Positions 19,137 to 29,030 of a stretch of 64,000 bases of DNA are shown here, piece by piece. The position numbers and the translations under genes are program-made. Every line of letters starts with the position of its first letter. The stretch's first letter is position 1. The DNA comes from Deltaproteobacteria bacterium (GTDB lineage Bacteria > Desulfobacterota > BSN033 > UBA1163), in the NCBI GenBank assembly GCA_018333535.1, contig JAGXTA010000003.1:19989-83988 (forward strand), written 5' to 3'. Below the pieces are notes generated by a model, which was not told the origin of the DNA, did no database searches, and worked only from the letters and a program-made list of their open reading frames with translations.

Positions 19137-20471
19137 ATGGATCAGATCAAGGGAAATAGGCTCTCTTCATTAAAATCCATATCGATGCCCGATGAACCGG
19201 GTTATCAGAAAACCGTTTTGAACAACGGGATCAAAGTGATCACCGAAAAAATCCCCTACCTGAAATCGGTCTCCATTGGCGTCTGGGTCACCACAGGCTC
19301 CAGGGATGAGCACCCGGACGAAAACGGCATCTCTCATTTGATCGAGCATCTCCTCTTCAAAGGGACCGAGAGGAGAACCGCACTGGACATCGCCAAAGAG
19401 ATCGATTCGGTGGGGGGCACGCTGAACGCCTTTACCGGCAGGGAGTACACCTGTTTTTATGCCAAAGTGATCGACAAGAATTTACCCCTTGCCATCGACC
19501 TCCTCTCGGATATCTTTCTTCATTCCCTCATGGACGAAAAGGATGTGGAGAAGGAAAGGATGGTCATCCTTCAGGAGATCAAGATGGTGGAAGATACTCC
19601 CGATGATTATGTCCACGATCTTTTTAACCGGACCTGTTGGGGAGATCACCCCCTTGGCTTTCCCATCTGCGGAACCGTAGAACGGGTTCAATCGTTCAGC
19701 CGGAATCAAATCGAGCAATTTTTCAGAGCCCATTATCAACCGGACCGGGTCATCGTCTGTGCGGCAGGAAACCTCCACCATCAGGAAGTGGTTGACCTCA
19801 TCGAGGCCACGTTTGGCCAAATTTCGAAATCGAACAGGGCAAAGGAAAGGGTGAAACCCCTTTCGATCTCCACCACCCATATCTCAAAGCGGGACCTGGA
19901 ACAGGTCCACTTCTGCCTGGGCACCCATGGACTTCATTACAACCACTCCCTTCGGTTTGCCTCGTATGTGTTGAATACCATTTTAGGAGGGGGGATGAGT
20001 TCGAGGTTATTTCAGGAGATCAGGGAGAACCGCGGTCTGGCCTATTCTGTCTATTCCTATCTCCCTACCTACATCGACACCGGTCTGGTCGTGGTCTATG
20101 CGGGGACGGATCAAAACTCATTCGAAGAGGTCTTTCGACTCATCCTCCAGGAGTTTAAAAGGCTTAAAGCGGAGCCTTTCAAGAACGGAGAACTGGAAAT
20201 CGCCAAAGAACAGTTGAAGGGAAATCTTCTCCTCAGCCTGGAAAGCTCTGACAATTTAATGACCCGACTGGCAAAGAATGAAATCTACTTTGAAACCTAT
20301 CAAACGGTGGATTCCATCTTAAAGGGCATTGATGGGGTCGACGAGCGGATGGTTAAAAGCCTGGCAAGCCATCTCTTCGATGAACAGTACTTCTGCCTTA
20401 CCGTTCTGGGACCCATGGATGGAAGCCATCTTGACGGGAATCCGCAACCCTGGTGTCAATGGAACAGGTAA
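19137..20471 (+). CDS. M16 family zinc peptidase
   Basis: HLIEH (HxxEH), [14 protein letters not shown]. Confidence 0.93.
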   Translation: MDQIKGNRLSSLKSISMPDEPGYQKTVLNNGIKVITEKIPYLKSVSIGVWVTTGSRDEHPDENGISHLIEHLLFKGTERRTALDIAKEIDSVGGTLNAFTGREYTCFYAKVIDKNLPLAIDLLSDIFLHSLMDEKDVEKERMVILQEIKMVEDTPDDYVHDLFNRTCWGDHPLGFPICGTVERVQSFSRNQIEQFFRAHYQPDRVIVCAAGNLHHQEVVDLIEATFGQISKSNRAKERVKPLSISTTHISKRDLEQVHFCLGTHGLHYNHSLRFASYVLNTILGGGMSSRLFQEIRENRGLAYSVYSYLPTYIDTGLVVVYAGTDQNSFEEVFRLILQEFKRLKAEPFKNGELEIAKEQLKGNLLLSLESSDNLMTRLAKNEIYFETYQTVDSILKGIDGVDERMVKSLASHLFDEQYFCLTVLGPMDGSHLDGNPQPWCQWNR

Positions 20472-20908
20472 AGATCCATATCAAACGCCTTAAAAAAAGC
20501 CAACCCATCTCCCTTCCTCAATATATGACCGAAGGGGCTTCCGGAATGGACCTCTTTGCCTCTCTCGAAGAGGAGGTCACCCTGATGCCAGGAGAGAGAA
20601 GACTGATCCCAACCGGGATTTCGGTGGCTCTCCCTGAAGGGTTTGAAGGACAGGTTCGACCCCGCAGCGGCTTGGCTATTCAAAAAGGAATTGGACTGGT
20701 CAATGGTCCCGGGACGATCGATTCGGATTATCGCGGAGAGGTGGGAGTCCTCTTGATCAATTTCGGGAAGGAACCCTTTGTCGTCCGTAACGGTGAGCGA
20801 ATCGCCCAGATGGTCATCTCCCGCGTGTCCCGTTCGATTCTATTGGAGGTGGACGATCTTCCCCCCACTCAGCGACAGGGAGGAGGGTTTGGCCACACCG
20901 GCGTCTAA
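20459..20908 (+). CDS. dut: dUTP diphosphatase
   Basis: [22 protein letters not shown] and [10 protein letters not shown] motifs. Confidence 0.96.
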   Translation: MEQVKIHIKRLKKSQPISLPQYMTEGASGMDLFASLEEEVTLMPGERRLIPTGISVALPEGFEGQVRPRSGLAIQKGIGLVNGPGTIDSDYRGEVGVLLINFGKEPFVVRNGERIAQMVISRVSRSILLEVDDLPPTQRQGGGFGHTGV

Positions 20909-20979
20909 CAGAATACGAGCAAAGATACGAATAAGATTGTGCGCAAAAGGGAACAAAATATTATTGATCGAGCGGGGTC

Positions 20980-21140
20980 TAAATCCGAAGCACGAAATCC
21001 GGGCGAAGCATCCCAGCAGGGATCAATTCGAAACAATTTCTAATGTTCAAAATTCGAAACATCAAAATCTTTTTGTTTGAATCATTTGAACATTTGGATT
21101 TCGGATTTGTTTCGGATTTCGATATTCGGATTTCGAATTT
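20980..21140. repeat. Inverted degenerate arrays (AAATCCG/TTCGGAT)
   Basis: aaatccgaagcacgaaatccg ... tttcggatttcgatattcggatttcgaattt. Confidence 0.7.
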
Positions 21141-21217
21141 ATTCAACTCACGATTTATTTTGGTTCTGGCTACGCCAGGTTAGATAAAAATAAAAACATC
21201 GTCTGCCCAAAAGAACG

Positions 21218-22105
21218 ATGCATCAATCGTTGGATCGATTTCTCCATTACCTCGTCGTCGAAAAAGGTCTTTCTAAGAATACGATCGAAGCCTACAGCCA
21301 TGGCCTGAGTCGGTTTTTAAATCATTTGCGGGCAAAAGGCCTGGAAGAAGTCGGAGAGATCACCAAACTTGACATCAGGGAATTTCTTCTCTTCCTGAAA
21401 AAGAAGCGCCTTTCAAGCAAAACCCTGGCGAGGAATCTGGTCTCCATCCGGGTCTTTCTGCGGTTTCTGAACGAAGAGGGCATTCTGAGCGCCAATCCTG
21501 CCGAAGAGATCGAATCTCCGAAGATTGCAAAGACGTTGCCGGAAATCCTTTCCCTGGAAGAAGTGGAAACCTTGCTGGAGGAACCTGACATTCAGATTCC
21601 TCAGGGGATGCGGGACCGGGCCATGCTGGAGATGCTCTATGCTACGGGGATGAGGGTGTCTGAACTGACCCGGCTCCAGGTCAATCATCTCCGTCTCGAG
21701 GCGGGCTATGTCCTCCTTTACGGAAAGGGATCAAAGGAGAGAATCGTTCCCATTGGCAACGAAGCGATGCAATGGGCGCGTCGCTATATGGGGGAGGCCA
21801 GGAAAAGGCTTCTAAAGAAGGGAGAGAGTCCCTTTCTCTTTGTCAATCGATCCGGAAAGCCGATGAGCCGACAGCATTTCTGGAAGAGCATCAAAACCCA
21901 CGGAAGGAGGGCTGGAATCAAAAAGAGGATCACCCCCCATCTCCTCCGCCATTCCTTCGCCAGCCACCTCCTGGAAAGGGGAGCGGATCTTCGCTCCGTG
22001 CAACTGATGCTCGGCCATGTCGACATCTCCACCACACAGATCTATACCCATGTGGCAGGGGAACGGCTGAAAAAGATTCATCAACAGTATCATCCGAGAG
22101 GCTAA
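21218..22105 (+). CDS. xerD: Site-specific tyrosine recombinase XerD
   Basis: LYATGMRVSEL, GKGSKER, TPHLLRHSFASHLL, LGH..TTQIYTHV and HPRG motifs. Confidence 0.93.
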   Translation: MHQSLDRFLHYLVVEKGLSKNTIEAYSHGLSRFLNHLRAKGLEEVGEITKLDIREFLLFLKKKRLSSKTLARNLVSIRVFLRFLNEEGILSANPAEEIESPKIAKTLPEILSLEEVETLLEEPDIQIPQGMRDRAMLEMLYATGMRVSELTRLQVNHLRLEAGYVLLYGKGSKERIVPIGNEAMQWARRYMGEARKRLLKKGESPFLFVNRSGKPMSRQHFWKSIKTHGRRAGIKKRITPHLLRHSFASHLLERGADLRSVQLMLGHVDISTTQIYTHVAGERLKKIHQQYHPRG

Positions 22106-22111
22106 TGAAGA

Positions 22112-22222
22112 ATCATTGCAAAATGCAAAATAGTCAATTAGCAATTAGCATTAAAAAATGAATTCAAGTGGTTTTAATATTGCTAACTTTGCACTGTTAA
22201 TTTTTCATTGCTAATTGATTAT
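22112..22222. repeat. Inverted degenerate heptamer arms (AATGCAA/AATTAGC type)
   Basis: ttgcaaaatgcaaaatagtcaattagcaattagc ... ttgctaactttgcactgttaatttttcattgctaatt. Confidence 0.6.
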
Positions 22223-22225
22223 TTT

Positions 22226-24853
22226 ATGGAAGTGATCACCACCCATACGAATGCGGATTTCGATTCCCTGGCTTCCATGCTGGCGGCCAAAAAGCTTTAT
22301 CCGGGAGCCGTATTGGTCTTCCCCGGATCCCAGGAGCGCAGCCTGCGGGAGTTCTTCATCCACTCCACCCTTTATGCCCTTGAGGTGGAGCGGGTGAAAA
22401 ATATTGACCTCCGGGAGGTTGAACGATTGGTCCTGGTCGATACCCGTCAGATCAGCCGGATCGGAAAATTTTCTGAAATCGTCCTGAAACCCGGCCTCGA
22501 TATCCATATTTACGATCACCATCCTCCATCTTCGGAGGATATCCATGGCTCTTTCGAAGTGATCTCCGAAGTCGGGGCGACGGTCACGCTCCTTCTGGAC
22601 CTCCTGAGAAAAAAGGGAATTGACATCACGCCGGATGAAGCCACGGTGATGCTCCTCGGCATCTACGAGGATACGGGAAACCTGACCTTCTCCTCGGCCA
22701 AAGAGGAGGATTTTCAGGCGGCGGGATATCTCGTGGGCAAAGGAGCCAACCTCAACATCCTGTCGAATGTGATCACCAAAGAGCTCACCTCGGAACAGAT
22801 CTTCCTGCTCAACGACCTGATCCAATCGGCTACACGGTACGATGTCCACGGAATCGACGTGGTGATTGCCCAGGCCTCTGTGGACCGGTATATCGGAGAC
22901 ATTGCCATCCTCGTCCATAAATTAAAGGATATGGAGAATCTCGATGTTCTCTTCGTCCTCGTCCAGATGGAGGGTCGTGTCTACCTGATCGGAAGGAGCA
23001 GGATCGAGGAAGTCAATGTCTCAGAGATTGCCGCTGAGTTTGGAGGCGGCGGCCACCCCACTGCCGCTTCAGCCACCATCAAGGAAATGGCGCTCATAGA
23101 GGCGCACGGGCAGTTGCTCAAGAGATTGAGACAGATCGTTAGGCCCAGAAGGGTGGCCAGGGACCTCATGGTCTATCCGGTCAAGACCGTGGAACCCGAC
23201 CGCACCCTGGAGGAGGCAGGGGAGATCCTCTCACGGTACCTCCTCGATATCCTCCCGGTCTTTAAAGAGGAGAGGGTGGTCGGGCTCATCTCCAAGGAGG
23301 TAGTGGACAGGGCCGTTCGTCACGGGCTAAAGGATGCCCTTGTCAAAGAGTATATGACAACCGAGTTCTCCGCCATCTCTCCGGAAACCCCTTTCTCTCG
23401 AATTCAGGAATTAGCCATCGGACAGAACCAGAGTCTCATCCCTGTCATCGAGAAGGAACGGCTCGTCGGGGTTGTGGCCCTGGGTGACGTGATGCAGGTC
23501 CTTCACGAGGGGATGATCAAAACGGTGAGAGAGATCCAGCCCCTTTATGCGCGAAAGAAGATGATCTCCAAATTGATTGGGGAGCGATTTCCGGAAAGGA
23601 TCCGTAACCTCCTTGAGGAATTTGGCCGGGTAGGGGATGACCTGGGATATTCGGTCTTCGGCGTGGGAGGTTTTGTGCGCGACCTCCTGATGAGGGTGGA
23701 AAATTACGATCTGGATATCGTCGTGGAGGGCGATGGGATCCGGTTCGCAGAAGAATTTGAGAAGAGGTTCCCTTGCCGGATTCGAACTCATAAAAAATTC
23801 GGGACCGCGCTCATTCTCTTCTCGGATGGCCTTAAGGTGGATGTGGCGACCGCGCGTCTGGAGGTCTACGACTCTCCGGCTGCTCTTCCCACGGTGGAAA
23901 GGGGGTCGATCAAGGCAGATCTCTATCGCAGGGACTTTACCATCAACACGCTGGCGATCCACCTCAATCCCCGGTCGTTTGGAGAATTGATCGATTTCTT
24001 CGGCGGGGTCAAAGACATCAAGGAGAAGGTGATCCGCGTCCTTCATAATCTCTCTTTTGTAGAGGATCCGACACGCGTCTTTCGTGCGATCCGTTTTGAA
24101 CAACGGTTCAGATTCCAGATCGGGAAGCCTACCCAGAATCTGATGAAGAATGCGGTTAAGATGTCCATCTTTGATCAACTTTCAGGAGGGCGGATCCTCT
24201 CAGAGTTTATCCTCATCTGCCAGGAAGAGGATCCGATCCCCGCCTTGAAACGGATGAGAGATTTCAACCTCTTTCATTTTCTCCATCCCCAACTTAAATT
24301 GGACGAGGAGAAGATCGCCCTCTTTGAGCAGATCCATCATGTCATCTCCTGGTTTGATCTTCTCTTTCTTGAAGAAAGATATGAACGTTGGCTCATCTAT
24401 TTTTATGGCCTCATCGATTCTCTTAAAGAAAAGGAAGGCATGGAGATCTGCGAGCGATTGGCGATGAACGATCGGCTGAAAAAGAGCGTGATGGAGGGAA
24501 AACGACAGGGCGATCTGAGCCTGTTCCAGATCTACTCCTGGATCAGCGCCGGCAGAGAGCCCAAACGTTCGGAGATTTATATGGTTCTTGATTCCCTTTC
24601 GACGGAGATCAAGCTCTTGATGATGGCCAAGACAACCCAGGTGGCCACCCGGCGATACATCTCGCTCTACTTTACCCAGTTGAAGGATACGAAACCGATC
24701 CTGAAAGGAGCCGACCTGGTTCAAATGGGAATCAAACCCGGACCTTCCATCCGGAAGGGATTGGAGGACCTTCTCAAAGCCCGATTGGACGAGCAGGTGA
24801 TCACGCGACAGGATGAATTTCAATACTTGACCAAATCTCTTGGAGTGAAATGA
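22226..24853 (+). CDS. DHH + CBS + tRNA nucleotidyltransferase (A-adding-type architecture)
   Basis: NADFD, DHH, GGGGH, a CBS pair, VGGFVRD..DLD, RRDFTINT and EDPTR motifs. Confidence 0.9.
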   Translation: MEVITTHTNADFDSLASMLAAKKLYPGAVLVFPGSQERSLREFFIHSTLYALEVERVKNIDLREVERLVLVDTRQISRIGKFSEIVLKPGLDIHIYDHHPPSSEDIHGSFEVISEVGATVTLLLDLLRKKGIDITPDEATVMLLGIYEDTGNLTFSSAKEEDFQAAGYLVGKGANLNILSNVITKELTSEQIFLLNDLIQSATRYDVHGIDVVIAQASVDRYIGDIAILVHKLKDMENLDVLFVLVQMEGRVYLIGRSRIEEVNVSEIAAEFGGGGHPTAASATIKEMALIEAHGQLLKRLRQIVRPRRVARDLMVYPVKTVEPDRTLEEAGEILSRYLLDILPVFKEERVVGLISKEVVDRAVRHGLKDALVKEYMTTEFSAISPETPFSRIQELAIGQNQSLIPVIEKERLVGVVALGDVMQVLHEGMIKTVREIQPLYARKKMISKLIGERFPERIRNLLEEFGRVGDDLGYSVFGVGGFVRDLLMRVENYDLDIVVEGDGIRFAEEFEKRFPCRIRTHKKFGTALILFSDGLKVDVATARLEVYDSPAALPTVERGSIKADLYRRDFTINTLAIHLNPRSFGELIDFFGGVKDIKEKVIRVLHNLSFVEDPTRVFRAIRFEQRFRFQIGKPTQNLMKNAVKMSIFDQLSGGRILSEFILICQEEDPIPALKRMRDFNLFHFLHPQLKLDEEKIALFEQIHHVISWFDLLFLEERYERWLIYFYGLIDSLKEKEGMEICERLAMNDRLKKSVMEGKRQGDLSLFQIYSWISAGREPKRSEIYMVLDSLSTEIKLLMMAKTTQVATRRYISLYFTQLKDTKPILKGADLVQMGIKPGPSIRKGLEDLLKARLDEQVITRQDEFQYLTKSLGVK

Positions 24854-25590
24854 TGTCCGAAAATAGCTTCTACGCAGAGGAAAACTCTCCTTATACGGTC
24901 CGGCTCGAGGCCTTTGAAGGCCCTCTCGATCTCCTGCTCCATCTCATTCAGAAAAATGAGATGGATATCTTCAACATTCCCATTGCCTTGATCACGGAAC
25001 AATATCTGGAATATCTAAAATGGATGAAGACCCTCAATCTTGACATTGCGGGTGACTACCTTCTGATGGCCTCCACCCTCCTCCATATCAAATCGAGGAT
25101 GCTCCTTCCCCAGCCTTCCGTGGAAGAAGAGGAGGAGGGGGACGATCCCAGGGCGGAGCTGGTGCGAAGGCTGTTGGAATATCAGAAATATAAGATGGCG
25201 GCCACCGAACTGGTCCAGAGACCCATGCTGGACCGGGATGTCTTTATCCGTTTAATATCAACGGAAGAAAGAGCCCCCGAAGAGGAGAGGATCGAGGCGA
25301 ACCTTTTTGATCTCATCGATGCTTTTCGAAAGGCAATTGAAAGGGCAAAGGAGGAGTCCTTTCATGAAGTGATCCTGGATCGTCTCAGTGTCGAAGATAA
25401 GGTTCAGGAAATCCTTCTCCTTCTTCAGAAGGAGAAGAGGAGCCTTCCTTTTCATCTCCTCTTTCACGAACAGGCTTCGCGCAGAGTGATCGTCATCACT
25501 TTTCTTGCCGTCCTCGAACTGGTTAAAATGAAATGGATACGGGTCTTTCAGGCAGCTCCTTTTGAAACGATTCGAATATCACCGGTTTAA
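24850..25590 (+). CDS. scpA: Segregation and condensation protein A
   Basis: FEGPLDLLLHLI..IKSRMLLP..TFLAVLEL. Confidence 0.95.
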   Translation: MMSENSFYAEENSPYTVRLEAFEGPLDLLLHLIQKNEMDIFNIPIALITEQYLEYLKWMKTLNLDIAGDYLLMASTLLHIKSRMLLPQPSVEEEEEGDDPRAELVRRLLEYQKYKMAATELVQRPMLDRDVFIRLISTEERAPEEERIEANLFDLIDAFRKAIERAKEESFHEVILDRLSVEDKVQEILLLLQKEKRSLPFHLLFHEQASRRVIVITFLAVLELVKMKWIRVFQAAPFETIRISPV

Positions 25591-25591
25591 C

Positions 25592-25810
25592 ACCCCAATT
25601 GAGTGAAAAATTATTGCTTGATTGAGCTGCAAACATGATAGCGAGACTATTTAAAGGTTTGTTAAACCCCATATTAAAATCCCCCTTATTCCCCCTTTGC
25701 CCCATATTGACGGGGAAAAAGATTCCCAAAGGGGGATAATAATAAGTCCTCCCCTTTGGCAAAGGGGAGTTAGAGGGGATTTTGTCAAAATATTTTCACT
25801 CGATTGGAGT
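25592..25810. mobile_element. MITE with 18-bp terminal inverted repeats and internal CCCCTTT/AAAGGGG palindromes
   Basis: accccaattgagtgaaaa (25592-25609) versus the reverse complement of 25793-25810, 2 mismatches. AAC flanks both ends (possible target duplication). Confidence 0.6.
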
Positions 25811-25920
25811 AACATATTTAGTAAAAAGAGGTTTATGGTGACGATGCTCGTATCGAGGTTAGACGCAATAAGCTCGAAGCTCGATAATAATCCGAGCCTC
25901 CAGTTTCAACAAGCGAGCCT

Positions 25921-25942
25921 CCCTGCCTACCGGCGGGCAGGG
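25921..25942. repeat. Small palindromic element CCCTGCC..GGCAGGG
   Basis: ccctgcctaccggcgggcaggg within a GCTCG/CGAGC-rich stretch. Confidence 0.45.
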
Positions 25943-26024
25943 ATACGAGTTTCGACAACGACAAACGTTGGGTCTTTGCCGTTGCTGTAAGACGAAACCT
26001 ATTTTCTAAACAAGGGAGATCTCT

Positions 26025-26915
26025 ATGAAACGGAAAAGAATTCTGGTGGGTTTGGTTGCGATCGTCGGATTACTGGCCTTCTTTTTTATTCTCCTCTTCG
26101 CCATCGGTCAATTTACCTCCAGGTTGGGATCTGCGAAATTTGCCTTCGGAGATAAGATCGCGGTCATTGAGGTCCGCGGACTGATCACTCAATCCCAGGG
26201 CGTCATCGAAGAGCTTCACCGTTACACCGAGGATGAAGGGGTGAAAGCCATCATCTTGAGAATCGATTCTCCAGGCGGAGGGGTAGGGCCTTCACAGGAA
26301 ATTTACCGGGAGGTCTTGAAGATCAAATCAAATCAGAAAAAGAAGGTGATCACCTCCATGGGTTCGGTCGCGGCCTCGGGCGGATACTATATCGCGAGCG
26401 CCTCCGATCTGATCGTGGCCAATCCAGGAACGATTACGGGCTCCATAGGCGTTCTGATGGAGTTCACCAACATTGAAGAGCTTTTCAAGAAGATCGGGGT
26501 CAAGGGTGTGGTATTAAAAAGCGGCGAGCATAAGGATATTGGGTCGCCTTTCAGGGAAATGACCCCTGAAGAGAAAAAGCTCATGCAGTCGGTCATTGAC
26601 AATGTCCATCAGCAATTCATCCAGGCTGTCGCTGAGGGGAGAAAGATGGACCGCTTAAAAGTCGCACAGGTGGCCGACGGTCGAATCTTAACCGGAGAAC
26701 AGGCCAAACAGTTGGGGCTGGTGGATCAGCTTGGAAATCTTCAAGACGCTATCGATACAGCCGCCAAATTGGTGGGGATCGAGGGGAAACCTCTCGTCCT
26801 CTATCCAAAAAGAAAATTTTCCCTTCTCGAACTCCTGATCGAAGGGGTGACGGAGGCGATCCTGAAAACCTTAAGCGAAAAGGGTGTTCAGCTAAACTAT
26901 CGCCTCCACCCTTAA
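26025..26915 (+). CDS. sppA: Signal peptide peptidase SppA (36K type)
   Basis: RIDSPGG, AASGGYY, TITGSIGV and KSGEHKD motifs. Confidence 0.94.
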   Translation: MKRKRILVGLVAIVGLLAFFFILLFAIGQFTSRLGSAKFAFGDKIAVIEVRGLITQSQGVIEELHRYTEDEGVKAIILRIDSPGGGVGPSQEIYREVLKIKSNQKKKVITSMGSVAASGGYYIASASDLIVANPGTITGSIGVLMEFTNIEELFKKIGVKGVVLKSGEHKDIGSPFREMTPEEKKLMQSVIDNVHQQFIQAVAEGRKMDRLKVAQVADGRILTGEQAKQLGLVDQLGNLQDAIDTAAKLVGIEGKPLVLYPKRKFSLLELLIEGVTEAILKTLSEKGVQLNYRLHP

Positions 26916-26919
26916 AATG

Positions 26920-26998
26920 TACAATGAACGATGGACGGTGAACAATGAACAAAAATAATTATCTACTGTTCAACGTTCATCGTTTAACGTCCATCGTC
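26920..26998. repeat. Inverted heptamer arms (ACAATGA/ACGATGG family), copy 2; contains the UDG stop codon
   Basis: tacaatgaacgatggacggtgaacaatgaac ... tgttcaacgttcatcgtttaacgtccatcgt. Confidence 0.7.
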
Positions 26999-27736
26999 AG
27001 CAAGAGCTTTGGCGATCTGTTTCATATCCTCCCAGACTTCCCTTTTCTTTTCAGGATTCCGGAGCAAATAGGCGGGATGGTAGGTCGGAAAGAGCTGGAT
27101 GCCCGAGAAGTCGTAGGCCTTCCCGCGAAGCGCTGTGATCTTGACATCGGTCCTGAGAAGGGTCTGGGCGGAAAACGTTCCAAGGGCACAGATGATCCTT
27201 GGCCGAATCGCCTGAATCTGTTTTAAAAGGAAAGGATAACAAGTCTCTATCTCATCGGGTTCAGGGTTTCTGTTCTGAGGAGGCCGGCATTTGATGATAT
27301 TGGCAATATAAACCTCCTCTCGATCGACGCCAATGGATTGAAGAATTTTGGTTAGCAGCTGTCCAGCCTTCCCCACAAAGGGTCTTCCCTGAACATCTTC
27401 GTCATTGCCAGGTCCTTCCCCGATGAGCATCAACCGTGCCTTTTCGTTTCCCTCTCCAAAAACAATCGTGCGCCGTGTTCGATGAAGCTTGCATCTCTGA
27501 CAATTCCCCAATTCGCTTCGTATTGCTTCAAGGTGTTGAGCCTCGGAATGAGAAAGATCAGGTGTTCCGTACGATCGAAGCGATTCATGAATCGCCCCTG
27601 CGCTGCCGGAAGCCTCTGAGGAATAGACTTTATCATCCCCGTCACCCAGGAGGGGCAATTCGGTGATCCCCAGCCCCTTAAGATATTCAAGATAAGATTT
27701 AAGATCCCCGATCATTTCCCCGACATCTCCATTCAT
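26984..27736 (-). CDS. Uracil-DNA glycosylase family 4 (Fe-S)
   Basis: CQRCKL, GEGPG, PFVGKAG, KCRPPQNR and TYHPAYLLR motifs. The ATG at 27736 has an RBS. Confidence 0.93.
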   Translation of the reverse strand: MNGDVGEMIGDLKSYLEYLKGLGITELPLLGDGDDKVYSSEASGSAGAIHESLRSYGTPDLSHSEAQHLEAIRSELGNCQRCKLHRTRRTIVFGEGNEKARLMLIGEGPGNDEDVQGRPFVGKAGQLLTKILQSIGVDREEVYIANIIKCRPPQNRNPEPDEIETCYPFLLKQIQAIRPRIICALGTFSAQTLLRTDVKITALRGKAYDFSGIQLFPTYHPAYLLRNPEKKREVWEDMKQIAKALADDGR

Positions 27737-27920
27737 CGAATCTTTCCCTTTCCGGCCGGACCATCCTGTTCCGGGCGACGTCCTTTGCCTTGATTGAGTC
27801 GAACCGTTTCCCCTTTCTTTCGGTTCTCCATAGCCTTTTCTCGCTTCCATGTCAAGAAACAAAAAAGCCGAAAAGGTTTTAGTTGATTGTCATCGAGTTT
27901 TATTATAATATAGAGTTGAT

Positions 27921-29030
27921 ATGATCAAAAAAGAAAGAAAACTTTTAGTCGTAGATGATAACATCGACTTTATTCATTTCATACGGAGAGCCTTGGAACG
28001 GGAGGATTACCGGATCTCCATCGCCCTGGATGGGAAAACAGCCATTGAAAAAACATCGACGGAGAATCCGGAGCTTATTCTCCTTGACATGAAACTGCCC
28101 GACATATCTGGAGAAGAGGTATTGGAGAGGGTTAAGGAGGTCAATAAAGATATTCCCGTGATAGTCATCACCGGTTATGGAGGAGACCAGGTGGCCATCG
28201 ACATGATGAGAAAAGGGGCTATCGATTTTCTCACAAAACCTGTGGAACCCCGGATTCTTATCAAGGCGATAGCGAGCGCCTTGGCGATTCACGACGCCCA
28301 GAAGAAGGATAAAAAGAACCCCTATCCCTCTCTTGAAATATTTTTTCCTTTTCTCGCCCATGAGATTCGCAACCCGCTCCATGCCATTGCTGGCGCCATG
28401 GCCATCATCCAAAAGCGCTGTAATTTAGAAGATGAATTTCTCACCCAATCCATCAAGATCATCCACGAGGAAGTCAACCACTTAAATGATTTTGTTCAGG
28501 GGTGCCTCAATTTCGTAAGACCCCCCGATTTCATTCGTTTCAGCGAGGTCAACCTCCGGGAGTTGATTTCCGTGACCACGAGCATGATGACTCACACGTT
28601 GGAACCCGAATCAAATAAAATCAAGATCGACATCAAGGCGGATCCTGATCTCCCAAAGGTTTATATAAATTACGAAGAGATAAAACAAGCCTTTTTAAAC
28701 ATCGTCAAAAATGCCTTTGAAGCGATGCCTGAAGGAGGGGAATTGTTGATCGAGGCCTCCCAGACCCATGAATCTCCGAAAGCGGTGGAAATCGTTTTTA
28801 AGGATCAGGGGGTAGGCATCAAGAAGGAAGCGATGGACCTTCTCTTTAGTCCTTTTTTTACCAACAAACCGAGGGGAAATGGGTTAGGGTTGGCCCTCTG
28901 TCGAAGAATTATTGTCGAACGTCATCAAGGGACCATCCATGTCGAAAGCGAAGAAAACAAGGGGACAACGGTTAAGGTGAGATTGCCCATCGACCGCCCA
29001 CAACAGGATCAACCGGGAGAGGCATCGTGA
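27921..29030 (+). CDS. Hybrid receiver-histidine kinase without sensor domain
   Basis: REC (VVDD..LLDM..KP), AHEIRNPL, NAFEA, DQGVG and GNGLGL motifs. Confidence 0.92.
   Translation: MIKKERKLLVVDDNIDFIHFIRRALEREDYRISIALDGKTAIEKTSTENPELILLDMKLPDISGEEVLERVKEVNKDIPVIVITGYGGDQVAIDMMRKGAIDFLTKPVEPRILIKAIASALAIHDAQKKDKKNPYPSLEIFFPFLAHEIRNPLHAIAGAMAIIQKRCNLEDEFLTQSIKIIHEEVNHLNDFVQGCLNFVRPPDFIRFSEVNLRELISVTTSMMTHTLEPESNKIKIDIKADPDLPKVYINYEEIKQAFLNIVKNAFEAMPEGGELLIEASQTHESPKAVEIVFKDQGVGIKKEAMDLLFSPFFTNKPRGNGLGLALCRRIIVERHQGTIHVESEENKGTTVKVRLPIDRPQQDQPGEAS

Noticed and set aside
21218-22105. Prophage or island integrase
   Set aside because: Canonical XerD in a housekeeping context, with no att sites or phage genes.
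25697-25990. 97-aa ORF after scpA as ScpB
   Set aside because: It is translated MITE/palindrome sequence (PPLWQRGVRGD) with no ScpB motifs.
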